Source: Actinomycetota bacterium (GTDB lineage Bacteria; Actinomycetota; Acidimicrobiia; Acidimicrobiales; JAFATL01). Taken from it: a stretch of DNA of 51,441 nt. The stretch lies in NCBI GenBank assembly GCA_041166245.1, contig JBEEFQ010000014.1:1-51441 (forward strand), given 5' to 3'. The notes under the pieces were generated by a model. The model worked only from the letters and a program-made list of their open reading frames with translations. It did no database searches and was not told where the DNA came from. A program made the position numbers and the translations under genes. This document shows, piece by piece, positions 35,951-44,407 of this stretch (position 1 is the stretch's first letter; each line of letters begins with the position of its first letter).

Positions 35951-37199
35951 CGATGTCCGAGTGTATGGCGGGCGGGGGAAGGGCGTAGCGCCTGAGCTCG
36001 GGCAGGAGCCAGCCGAGCACGAGGACACCGAGCGTGCAGGCCAGGCCGCCCGAGACCACCGACACGCGGGGCGTGGTCAGAGAGGCGACAGCTCCCGCCT
36101 CCAGGTCGCCGAGACGGGGCCCGCCGGTGACCACCGCGATGTGCATCGACGACAGGCGGCCCCGCAGCGCGTCGGGCACCGCCGTCTGCAGGATGGTGTT
36201 GCGGAACACCGCTGACGCCACATCAGCCGCGCCGGCGATCGCGAGCAGCGCCAGTGCCAGCGGCAGCCAGGTCGTGAGTCCGAAGCCCGCGACAGCGATG
36301 CCCCACACCGCGATCGCAACGAAGACGGCGCGGCCCTGACGGACGACGCGGCTCACCCAGCCGCTCGTGAGCGCGCCGAGCAGCGCGCCCGTGCCCGGCG
36401 CGGCGTAGAGGAGGCCCACCGTGCTCGCGCCACCGCCGAACACGCCAAGGCCGAGAGCCGGGAACAGCGCTCGGGGCATACCGAACACCATGGCGTTGAT
36501 GTCGACGAGGAACGTGCCCTGCAGGAGGCGGCTGCCCCTGATGAAGCGAAAGCCCTCGGCAATCGAGCCGACGCTGACCTTGGTCCCGCCGCCGGCAGGG
36601 GGCAGCGGCGGGAGCCGGGTGACGGCGACGAAGGAGACGGCGTAGGTGCCGACGTCGGCCCAGAAAGCGCCCGCCGCACCGACCTGGGCCAGCAGCAGGC
36701 CGCCGAGTGCAGGCCCGAACGCCAGCCCGCTCGTCATCTGGATCTGCCACAGGGCGTTGGCGGCCGGCAGATGCTCCGCGCTCACCATCCCCGGGATGAC
36801 CGCGCTCCTCGCCGGCCAATCGAGGCCGGCCAGGCCCGCAGCCACGGCGGTGAAGACGAACAGGGGCCACACGTGGGGGTTGTCGAGCATGGCGTTGAGG
36901 GCGAGGCCCACGCTGCACAGCCCCAGCAGCACCTGGGTGATGAGCAGCAGCCGGCGGCGGTCGGTGCTGTCCACGACCGCGCCGCCGACGAGTGACCCGA
37001 GGAGCAGCGGCGGGAGCTGGACCAGGCTCACCAGTCCGACCGCGAGTGACGAGCCGGTCAGAAGGAACACCTGGTAGGCGACAGCCACGACCGTGACCTG
37101 ATTGCCGACGAACGACACGAGCTGGCCCGCGAAGAGGGCGCGGAACCCCGCGTTGTTGCGCAGCGGCGTGATGTCGGCGAGGACGCGTCGGCGGGCCAT
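35943..37199 (-). CDS. MFS transporter (EntS/MFS_3-like)
   Basis: FRALFAGQLVSFVGNQVTVVAVAYQVFLLTGS with 12 TM segments. Its stop overlaps the CBS-citrate synthase start by 8 nt. Confidence 0.88.
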   Translation of the reverse strand: MARRRVLADITPLRNNAGFRALFAGQLVSFVGNQVTVVAVAYQVFLLTGSSLAVGLVSLVQLPPLLLGSLVGGAVVDSTDRRRLLLITQVLLGLCSVGLALNAMLDNPHVWPLFVFTAVAAGLAGLDWPARSAVIPGMVSAEHLPAANALWQIQMTSGLAFGPALGGLLLAQVGAAGAFWADVGTYAVSFVAVTRLPPLPPAGGGTKVSVGSIAEGFRFIRGSRLLQGTFLVDINAMVFGMPRALFPALGLGVFGGGASTVGLLYAAPGTGALLGALTSGWVSRVVRQGRAVFVAIAVWGIAVAGFGLTTWLPLALALLAIAGAADVASAVFRNTILQTAVPDALRGRLSSMHIAVVTGGPRLGDLEAGAVASLTTPRVSVVSGGLACTLGVLVLGWLLPELRRYALPPPAIHSDIDG

Positions 37200-37430
37200 G
37201 GGTCACATGAGCTTCACATCCCGGCAACCCAAGGTGCACACAGCGGTCGTTCGGACGAAACCAGTGAGGTTTACCGTCCGTCACATGAACCCCATCGCAC
37301 GGCTCGTGCGCTCATTGGGGAACTCGGGGGCGGTACGCAACGCATGGCGCTCATGTGAGGAGCGTCGACTCACCGAACAGCGGATTCAGGCGCTCAGCGA
37401 GCGGCTGGCGGCCACACCTAATGTGCCCGC

Positions 37431-38288
37431 ATGGCCGACCAGGACCGCGTCCGGAGGCTGAGCAGGCGCCTGCGCGACCTGGTCGAGCCCATCGCCGCCA
37501 ACGTGTACTTCGCGGAGGAGGCACAAAAGGAGTACGCGAACCTCGATCTGAACTACCCCCAGGGGTACTTCGCCAGTCGGGGCGCGTGCATGGGGCAGGT
37601 TCCCGGCCACGTCATCGCGTCGGCCTTCGGCGTCTTCTACCCGCCGATGGTCACTCGGTTCGTGGACGACGCGTGGTCGAAGACCGACGCGCCGACGATC
37701 CTCGCTGCTCGCCAGCGGGGCGCGACGGCGGCGCTGGAGCGCCAGCTGGGCAAGGAGCCGGACGGTGCGGAGCGGGCCACCGAGCTGCTGCGCCAGCTGG
37801 CCGGCGCGTGCACCAACGCGGGACGGCCGCTCTTCTCTGGTCTGTCGTCCCTCGGGTGGCCGGGCGACGTCGTCGGTGACCTCTGGCGGTCCGCCGACCT
37901 GGTGCGCGAGCACCGCGGCGACGGCCACACGTGCGCGTGGGTGTCCAGCGGGATGTCGGCCATCGAGGTGCTGCTGCTGACCGAGGCGTGGTGGGGCATC
38001 GAGCTCAACACCTACATGCAGACCCGCGCCTGGCCCCAGGAGGACGTGCTCGCGTCGTTGGCCGACCTCCGCGAGCGCGGCCTGCTCGACGGCGACAAGC
38101 TCACCGACGCGGGCGCCGAGATCCGCGGCGCCATCGAGTCCGTCACCGACCAGGCCGACGCGGACAAGATCGCCGCCCTCACCGACGCCGAGTTCGACGA
38201 GCTCTTCGGGTTGCTCGAACCCTGGGCCAAGGCCATCGTCGCCAGCGGCGGCTACCCCACTGACCCCTCCACGCTCACCCGCCGCTAA
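37431..38288 (+). CDS. conserved actinobacterial hypothetical protein (I recall it as the 'SCO6745 family')
   Basis: 285 aa with motifs EPIAANVYFAEEA, GYFASRGACMGQVPG and LVREHRGDGH. The family assignment is from memory only. Confidence 0.7.
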   Translation: MADQDRVRRLSRRLRDLVEPIAANVYFAEEAQKEYANLDLNYPQGYFASRGACMGQVPGHVIASAFGVFYPPMVTRFVDDAWSKTDAPTILAARQRGATAALERQLGKEPDGAERATELLRQLAGACTNAGRPLFSGLSSLGWPGDVVGDLWRSADLVREHRGDGHTCAWVSSGMSAIEVLLLTEAWWGIELNTYMQTRAWPQEDVLASLADLRERGLLDGDKLTDAGAEIRGAIESVTDQADADKIAALTDAEFDELFGLLEPWAKAIVASGGYPTDPSTLTRR

Positions 38289-38295
38289 CCCTGTC

Positions 38296-38348
38296 AGCGA
38301 ACTCGCCACGTTTTTGGCGCCTGCGCCCAAAAACGTGGCGAGTTCGCT
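38296..38348. terminator. 22-bp perfect stem / 9-nt loop hairpin between convergent genes
   Basis: AGCGAACTCGCCACGTTTTTGG-cgcctgcgc-CCAAAAACGTGGCGAGTTCGCT. The right arm ends at the first base of the nei2 stop codon (38348-38350). Confidence 0.65.
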
Positions 38349-39106
38349 CAGGGCAGAGGCTGGCAGGTCGGGCACCAGTAGGCGGTGCGCGGGTGGGCGC
38401 CGTAGGTCTCGGCGGTGATCGGGGTGCGGCAGCGGGGGCAGGGGCGACCGGCGCGGTCGTAGACGTTGGCGCGGTAGGGCGTGCGGGCGTCGACTCGGGT
38501 GAGCATCACCTTGGAGGCGGTGCGGACCAGCTCGTCGAGGTCGGCGTCGGGCCACGGCGTTTTGGGGTGGGTGCGACAGAGGAAGAGGGCCTCGCACCGG
38601 TAGATGTTGCCGATCCCGGACACCACCGGCTGGTCGAGCAGCAGCTCGCCGATCGTGTAGTCGGGCGGGCGCGACGCGGCCCGGCGCCGGACCTCGTCGA
38701 GGTCCACGGGCGGTTGCAACACGTCGGGACCCAGGCCGGCGAGCGACACGTGCTCGGCCTCGTCCCGTTCGGTGAGCAGCTCCACGGTCGGCGCGTTGAA
38801 GCACACCGCGACGCGGTCTCCCGCCTCCAGCACCACGCGCGCCTGCCACCCCGGCTTCCGCCACTTCTCACCCGCGGGGTACACGTGCCAGGCACCCGTC
38901 ATCTGCATGTGGGTGTGCAGCGTGAGCCCGCCGCTGAACCGGATGAGCAGGTGCTTGGCCCGCGCCTCCACCGCTTCGACGGTGCGCCCCACCATGGCGT
39001 CGGCCGGCACCCGCACCCGCACGCTGCGGGCCTTGGTGATGGACCGTCCCGTCAGCCACTTGTCGAGCGTCGCGGCGGTGCGAGCGATGGTGTCGCCCTC
39101 AGGCGT
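38348..39106 (-). CDS. nei2: Fpg/Nei family DNA glycosylase (Nei2-like endonuclease VIII)
   Basis: PEGDTIARTAATL carries the N-terminal catalytic Pro-Glu. It also has an H2TH region and a C4 zinc finger (CPRCRTPI...WCPTCQ). The codon directly before the catalytic Pro is ACG (39106-39104), not ATG/GTG/TTG. Confidence 0.8.
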   Translation of the reverse strand, partial: TPEGDTIARTAATLDKWLTGRSITKARSVRVRVPADAMVGRTVEAVEARAKHLLIRFSGGLTLHTHMQMTGAWHVYPAGEKWRKPGWQARVVLEAGDRVAVCFNAPTVELLTERDEAEHVSLAGLGPDVLQPPVDLDEVRRRAASRPPDYTIGELLLDQPVVSGIGNIYRCEALFLCRTHPKTPWPDADLDELVRTASKVMLTRVDARTPYRANVYDRAGRPCPRCRTPITAETYGAHPRTAYWCPTCQPLP

Positions 39107-42100
39107 ACCGCACCAGTCCCTTGGGCGTGGACACGAACCCGTGCTCGCGCAGGTAGGGCTCGAGCTCGGGCGGGCAGCGGTCGACGGAGATGCGCTTGAA
39201 CCGTCCCTCGACGAGCAGGCCGTCCAGCGCCGACACGGCGAGGTCCTCCCACTCCCCGTCGAACGGGCGCAGTGCGACCAGACCGCGGCCGCCCTTCTCC
39301 ACGTACAGCGCGGCCTCACCGTTGATGAGGACGACGTGCGCGCCCGCGGCGCGCTGCGGTCTGCCACTCCGTTCGGCCACGGAGGCGGTGGCCGGCCAAG
39401 GGATGGAGAGCCCGTAGGGGTTGCCCGGGTCGGTCGCGGCCAACAGCGTCGCCCGCGACGGCATCGGCGCGTCCCGGAACGTCCGCAGCCGGTCGACCGC
39501 GCCCGGCAAGGCGAACTGGGCGCCGCCCAGGCCGGCGACGAAGTAGCCGCGGCGGATGCGGCCCGACTCCTCCATGGCGCGGAGCACCGGGTACACCGCC
39601 GCGAATCCGCCGGGCACGCCTTCGCCCCGCACCGCCTCCCGGGTCAGCACGCCGTGGCGCTCGAGCAGCACTCCGGCCAACGCGTACGCGGCCCGCGTCG
39701 GGTCGCCGTCGCCTACCTCGGTCGACACGAGCGACCAGCGCCCCTGCGCGGTCGGCGGACCGAGGGCGGTGAGGTTGCCGAGGCGAGGCCGGCCGCCACG
39801 CGCCTTTCCGCCCGAACGCTTCTTGGCCGACAACGCCCGCACCGCCGCGAACGAGTCGTTGGTGACCTCGCCCGCCCACACCAGGTCCCACAGCGCTTCA
39901 AGTGTCTCGGTATCGCCCTTGGGTCCGACCAGCTCGCGGAAGAAGCACGCACCTCGCGACGACAGCACGTCGCGCAGTCGCTCGTGCTCCTCGCCGTCGG
40001 GGCGGTCAGATGTCGACGTAGCGCGCTTCTGCAGCAGCAGCGATGCGTGCTCGCGGAGCAGCAGCCGCACCCGGCCGTCGTCGCGCCCGATGGAGCCGGC
40101 ACCGACCCACATGACCTCACCCGCGGCCAGCAGCTCGTCGAGCAGCCGTGGGGCGTAGTCCCGCACGCGAGCGGTCATGACGTCGCGCTCCAGCACCGAC
40201 GCGGGGACGGGCACGCCCTGCAGCTGGGAGATGACCTCGAAGACGCGGTCGAGGCCCCGGCTCTCGTTGCCCACGCCCTGCCACGCGGGGAGGAAGCGGG
40301 CGAGGGCCTCGACCTCTGTGGGCTCGACCTCCCGCCGCAACGCAGCCAACGAGCGCTGGCGCAGCATGCGGAGGACCTCATTGTCACACCACTCGCGCTC
40401 GGTGCCGTCCGGCCTGAACTCGCCCCGCACGACCGTGTCCATCTCGGGGAGAAGCTCATCAATGCGCACGACGGGCAGGCCGAAGCGCGCCGCGGGCTGG
40501 TCGGCGGTGAACGGACCGTGGGTGCGGGCCCAACGCCGAAGCAGCTGCACGAACGCATCGTCGACCGGCTCGAGGAAGGCGTCGGGTAGTCCGGGCGGGG
40601 GCTGTACGCCGAGGCCATCGCGGTAACGGCCCGCGTCCTCGGCCGCGATGAGCCGCTCCTCACCGGTGATGCGCACGAGCGCGGCCCGGCGCTCCCGCAC
40701 CAGCTGCTCGCTGAAGTCGTCGGTCGACCGGGCCCGCAGCTCGTCGACAGTGAGGTCGCCCAGCCGACGCAGCAGGTCGTGGGCCGCGTCCACCGAGCGG
40801 GCCCACCGGTCCTCCTCCAGGAACTGCAGCTCGGACTCGAGGCCGGCGAGAGCCGAAGGGTCGATGAGCTCGCGCAGCTCGTCGGAGCCGACCAGCTCGG
40901 CGAGCATGCGGCGGTCGAGGGTGAGGGCCTGGGCCCGCCGCTCGGCCAGCGGCGAGTCGCCCTCGTACATGAAGCTGGCGACGTACGCGAAGGCCAGGGA
41001 GCTGGCGAACGGCGACGGTGAGGCGGTGTCGACCGACACGACCCGCACCTTGCGGGACTGCACATCACGCATGAGCGACTCGAGGGCGGGCACGTCGAAC
41101 ACGTCGCTGAGGCACTCGCGGTAGGTCTCGAGCAGGATCGGGAACGAGCCGTACTTCGAGGCGACCTGCAGCAGGTCCGCGGCCCGCTGGCGCATCTGCC
41201 ACAACGGGGTGCGCTGGCCGGGGCGGCGACGGGGCAGCAACAGCGCCCGTGCCGCGTTCTCGCGAAAGCGCGACGCGAACACCGCGCTGTTGGCGACCTG
41301 GTCGACGACCAACTCGTCGACGTCGTCGGGCTGGATCAGCACCAGGTCGGGGTCGGGCGCCTCGTCGGCCTCGGGCAGGCGCACGACGATGCCGTCGTCG
41401 CTCCAGATGGCCTGCACCTCGAGACCCAGCCGGTCGCGGATCTTGGCTTCGACGGCGAGGGCCCACGGCGCGTGCACGCGGGCTCCGAAGGGCGAGAGCA
41501 CGCAGATGCGCCAGTCGCCCAGCTCGTCGCGGAAGCGCTCCACGACGAGCTGGCGGTCAGTGGGCAGTGCCCCGCCGGTGGCCTCGCGTTCCTCCTCGAC
41601 GTACGCCCTGAGGTTCTTGATCGCCAGCTCGTCGAGCGCGCACTCGTCGTGCAGCCACTCGTCGCTGTGGTCGTCGAACTCACGCAGGAAGGCACCGACG
41701 GCGCGCCCGAGCTCGTAGGGCCGACCGAGCATGTCGCCGTGCCAGAACGGCATCTTGCCGGGCTGGCCAGGGGCGGGCGTGAGGATGACCCGGTCGCGGG
41801 TGATCTCCTCGATGCGCCACGTGGTCGCGCCGAGCAGCAGGTTCTCGCCCACCCGGCTCTCGTAGACGAACTCCTCGTCGAGCTCGCCGACGCGCGTGCC
41901 GTCAGGGGTGAAGGCGCCGAACAGGCCCCGGTCGGGGATGGTGCCCCCGCTGGTGATGGCCAGCATCTTGGCGCCCGGCCGGGCCCGCAGCGTGCCGTCC
42001 ACGCGGTCCCACACCAGGCGAGGACGCAGCTCGGCGAACTCGTCGCTCGGGTAGCGGCCCGCCAACATGTCGAGCACGCCCTCGAGCGCTTCGCGCGACA

Positions 42101-43466
42101 GCTCGGCGAAGGGATAGGCGCTGGCGACGATGTCGGCCACCTCGTCGACGGTCATGCCGTCGGTGGCGATGGCGACCATGGCCACGATCTGCTGAGCGAG
42201 CACGTCGAGCGGGTTCTTGGGGACCTTGGTCTCCTCGATGAGGCCCTTCTGCATGCGCTCGGCCGTCACCGCCGCCATCACCAGGTCCCCGCGGAACTTG
42301 GGGAAGATGCGCCCCTTGGACGGTTCGCCGACCTGGTGGCCGGCCCGGCCGATGCGCTGCAGCCCGCTGGCCACCGACGACGGCGCCTCCACCTGCACGA
42401 CGAGGTCGATGGCGCCCATGTCGATGCCGAGCTCGAGGCTGCTGGTCGCCACCAACGCGGGCAGCTTGCCCGCCTTGAGCGCGTCTTCGATCTCCAGCCG
42501 CTGCTCGCGGGCGATGGAGCCGTGGTGGGCGCGCACGAGATCCTCTCCAGCAAGTTCGTTGAGGCGCGCGCTGAGCCGCTCGGCCAGCCGCCTGCTGTTG
42601 ACGAACACCAGCGTGGACGTGTGGCTGCGGATGAGGTCGAGGAGCACGGGGTGGATGGCGGGCCAGATCGACGTGCGCACCTCCGGATCGCCGGCCGCGG
42701 GACCGATCATGCGCAGCTCGTCGGCCTGCAGCGGCTTGCCCAGCTCGCCCATGTCCTCGACGGGCACGACGACCTCGAGCTCGAGTTCCTTCCGCACGCC
42801 CGCGTCGACGATGGTGACGGGCCGGGCCTGGCCGGCGATCCGTCCGCCCAGGAAGCGGGCCAGCTCGTCGAGGGGGCGCTGGGTGGCCGACAGGCCGATG
42901 CGCTGCGGCGGATGGGCCGTGATGCGCTCGAGCCGTTCGAGGGACAGCGCGAGGTGGGTGCCGCGCTTGGTGGCGGCGACGGAGTGGATCTCGTCGACGA
43001 TCACGTAGCGCACCGACGCCAGCACCTCGCGGGCGTTCGACGTGAGCATGAGGTACAGCGACTCGGGTGTCGTCACCAGGATGTCGGGCGGGTGGCGCGC
43101 GATGTTGCGGCGCTCACCTTGGGGCGTGTCGCCGGTGCGGGTGGCGACGCGGATCGTGTCCTCGGCACCGAGGCCGGCGAGCGGCGCTCGCAGGTTGCGC
43201 TCCACGTCGTAGGTCAGAGCTTTGAGGGGCGATACGTAGAGAACCCGGCATCGCTCCTTCTCGGGGACGGGCTCGGCCTGCGTCAACTGGTCGATGGCCC
43301 ACAGGAAGGCGGCGAGGGTCTTGCCCGACCCCGTGGGCGCGAGGACGAGGGTGTGGTCGCCACTCGCTATCGCGTCCCAGCCCTGCTCCTGCGCATCGGT
43401 GGGGGCAGCGAAGGTGGCCTCGAACCAGGCCCGGGTGGGCGGGGAGAAGCGGTCGAGCGAAGCCAC
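39099..43466 (-). CDS. lhr: Lhr-family ATP-dependent DNA helicase (superfamily 2, full-length with C-terminal domain)
   Basis: 1455 aa from GTG at 43466. Motif I LAPTGSGKTLAA, DEIH box, HHGSIAREQR and QRIGRAGH, with a long Lhr-type C-terminal extension. Confidence 0.93.
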   Translation of the reverse strand: MASLDRFSPPTRAWFEATFAAPTDAQEQGWDAIASGDHTLVLAPTGSGKTLAAFLWAIDQLTQAEPVPEKERCRVLYVSPLKALTYDVERNLRAPLAGLGAEDTIRVATRTGDTPQGERRNIARHPPDILVTTPESLYLMLTSNAREVLASVRYVIVDEIHSVAATKRGTHLALSLERLERITAHPPQRIGLSATQRPLDELARFLGGRIAGQARPVTIVDAGVRKELELEVVVPVEDMGELGKPLQADELRMIGPAAGDPEVRTSIWPAIHPVLLDLIRSHTSTLVFVNSRRLAERLSARLNELAGEDLVRAHHGSIAREQRLEIEDALKAGKLPALVATSSLELGIDMGAIDLVVQVEAPSSVASGLQRIGRAGHQVGEPSKGRIFPKFRGDLVMAAVTAERMQKGLIEETKVPKNPLDVLAQQIVAMVAIATDGMTVDEVADIVASAYPFAELSREALEGVLDMLAGRYPSDEFAELRPRLVWDRVDGTLRARPGAKMLAITSGGTIPDRGLFGAFTPDGTRVGELDEEFVYESRVGENLLLGATTWRIEEITRDRVILTPAPGQPGKMPFWHGDMLGRPYELGRAVGAFLREFDDHSDEWLHDECALDELAIKNLRAYVEEEREATGGALPTDRQLVVERFRDELGDWRICVLSPFGARVHAPWALAVEAKIRDRLGLEVQAIWSDDGIVVRLPEADEAPDPDLVLIQPDDVDELVVDQVANSAVFASRFRENAARALLLPRRRPGQRTPLWQMRQRAADLLQVASKYGSFPILLETYRECLSDVFDVPALESLMRDVQSRKVRVVSVDTASPSPFASSLAFAYVASFMYEGDSPLAERRAQALTLDRRMLAELVGSDELRELIDPSALAGLESELQFLEEDRWARSVDAAHDLLRRLGDLTVDELRARSTDDFSEQLVRERRAALVRITGEERLIAAEDAGRYRDGLGVQPPPGLPDAFLEPVDDAFVQLLRRWARTHGPFTADQPAARFGLPVVRIDELLPEMDTVVRGEFRPDGTEREWCDNEVLRMLRQRSLAALRREVEPTEVEALARFLPAWQGVGNESRGLDRVFEVISQLQGVPVPASVLERDVMTARVRDYAPRLLDELLAAGEVMWVGAGSIGRDDGRVRLLLREHASLLLQKRATSTSDRPDGEEHERLRDVLSSRGACFFRELVGPKGDTETLEALWDLVWAGEVTNDSFAAVRALSAKKRSGGKARGGRPRLGNLTALGPPTAQGRWSLVSTEVGDGDPTRAAYALAGVLLERHGVLTREAVRGEGVPGGFAAVYPVLRAMEESGRIRRGYFVAGLGGAQFALPGAVDRLRTFRDAPMPSRATLLAATDPGNPYGLSIPWPATASVAERSGRPQRAAGAHVVLINGEAALYVEKGGRGLVALRPFDGEWEDLAVSALDGLLVEGRFKRISVDRCPPELEPYLREHGFVSTPKGLVRYA

Positions 43467-43475
43467 GGCGTTCCC

Positions 43476-43498
43476 AGGCTACGGGGACCGTGGGACAG
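43476..43498 (-). promoter_or_regulatory. candidate RecA-NDp-like (PafBC-type) promoter upstream of lhr
   Basis: The minus strand reads cTGTC-N12-TAGCCT, with the TAGCCT ending 9 nt before the lhr GTG. The spacing matches the recalled motif tTGTCRgtg-N8-TAnnnT, but the Rgtg part does not match. Confidence 0.3.
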
Positions 43499-43543
43499 AT
43501 CCTGTCCGTAATGTTGGGAAACCAGGGCGGGTACGTTCGAGCG

Positions 43544-44401
43544 ATGGACGACGTGCGCTGGCAGGACCGGCCCAGCCTGCGATCGCCCGTGCTCGTGGCC
43601 GCCTTCGAGGGCTGGAACGACGCGGGCGACGCGGCATCGACGGCTGCCCGCTACCTCGCCGACGCCTGGTCGGCCCGTCCGTTCGCCAGTCTCGACCCCG
43701 AGGAGTTCTACGACTTCACCAGCACCCGTCCCCAGGTGCGCCTCGTCGACGGGGAGACCCGCAGCATCGAGTGGCCCACCAACGAGCTGGCTGCCGCGCC
43801 CTTGCCGGGGCGCAGCCACGACGTCGTCTTCCTGCACGGGGTCGAGCCCCAGCTGCACTGGCGCCGCTTCTGCGAGAACGTCACCGGGCTGGCGAGCGAG
43901 CTCGGCGTGCAGATGGTCGTCAGCCTGGGCGCCCTGCTGGCCGACGTGCCCCACACCCACCCCGTGCGTGTGACGGGCACGGCCGGCGACAACGAGCTGG
44001 TGCGCCGACTCAACCTGCAGCGCTCTCGGTACGAGGGACCGACCGGCATCGTCGGCGTGTTGCACGACGCCTTCTCGTCCATCGGCGTGCCGACCGCGTC
44101 GCTGTGGGCGTCGGTGCCCCACTATGTCGCCCAGACGCCGTCGCCCAAGGCCACCCTCGCCCTCGTACAGCGCGCCGCGTCACTGCTGGGCGCCGCCGTG
44201 CAGACCACCGACCTCGAGATCGCCGCCGCCTCCTATGAGCGCCAGGTCAGCGAGGTCGTCGAGTCCGACGACGACGTGGCCGACTACGTCCGACGCCTCG
44301 AGGAGGCCGACGACGACGAGGCCACCGACGTCCGCCTCGAGATGCTCAGCGGCGACGCCCTCGCCGCCGAGGTCGAAGACTTCCTCCGCGACCAGAGCTG
44401 A
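43544..44401 (+). CDS. PAC2 (proteasome assembly chaperone 2-like) family protein
   Basis: LRSPVLVAAFEGWNDAGDAAS...YEGPTGIVGVL...VPHYV, with an acidic C-terminal tail. ATG at 43544; alternative ATGs at 43490 and 43511. Confidence 0.85.
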   Translation: MDDVRWQDRPSLRSPVLVAAFEGWNDAGDAASTAARYLADAWSARPFASLDPEEFYDFTSTRPQVRLVDGETRSIEWPTNELAAAPLPGRSHDVVFLHGVEPQLHWRRFCENVTGLASELGVQMVVSLGALLADVPHTHPVRVTGTAGDNELVRRLNLQRSRYEGPTGIVGVLHDAFSSIGVPTASLWASVPHYVAQTPSPKATLALVQRAASLLGAAVQTTDLEIAAASYERQVSEVVESDDDVADYVRRLEEADDDEATDVRLEMLSGDALAAEVEDFLRDQS

Positions 44402-44407
44402 CATCTT

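Noticed and set aside
39095-39110. Programmed +1 frameshift fusing Lhr to Nei2 at GCC-TGA.
   Set aside because: The P-site codon GCC cannot re-pair in the +1 frame (CCU), and there is no slippery or stimulatory element. The active Nei nucleophile must also be a free N-terminal Pro, which a fusion would destroy.
43531-43541. LexA half-site GTTCGA upstream of the PAC2 gene and lhr.
   Set aside because: No partner CGAAC half-site lies at the N4 spacing, so it is not a functional SOS box by the consensus.
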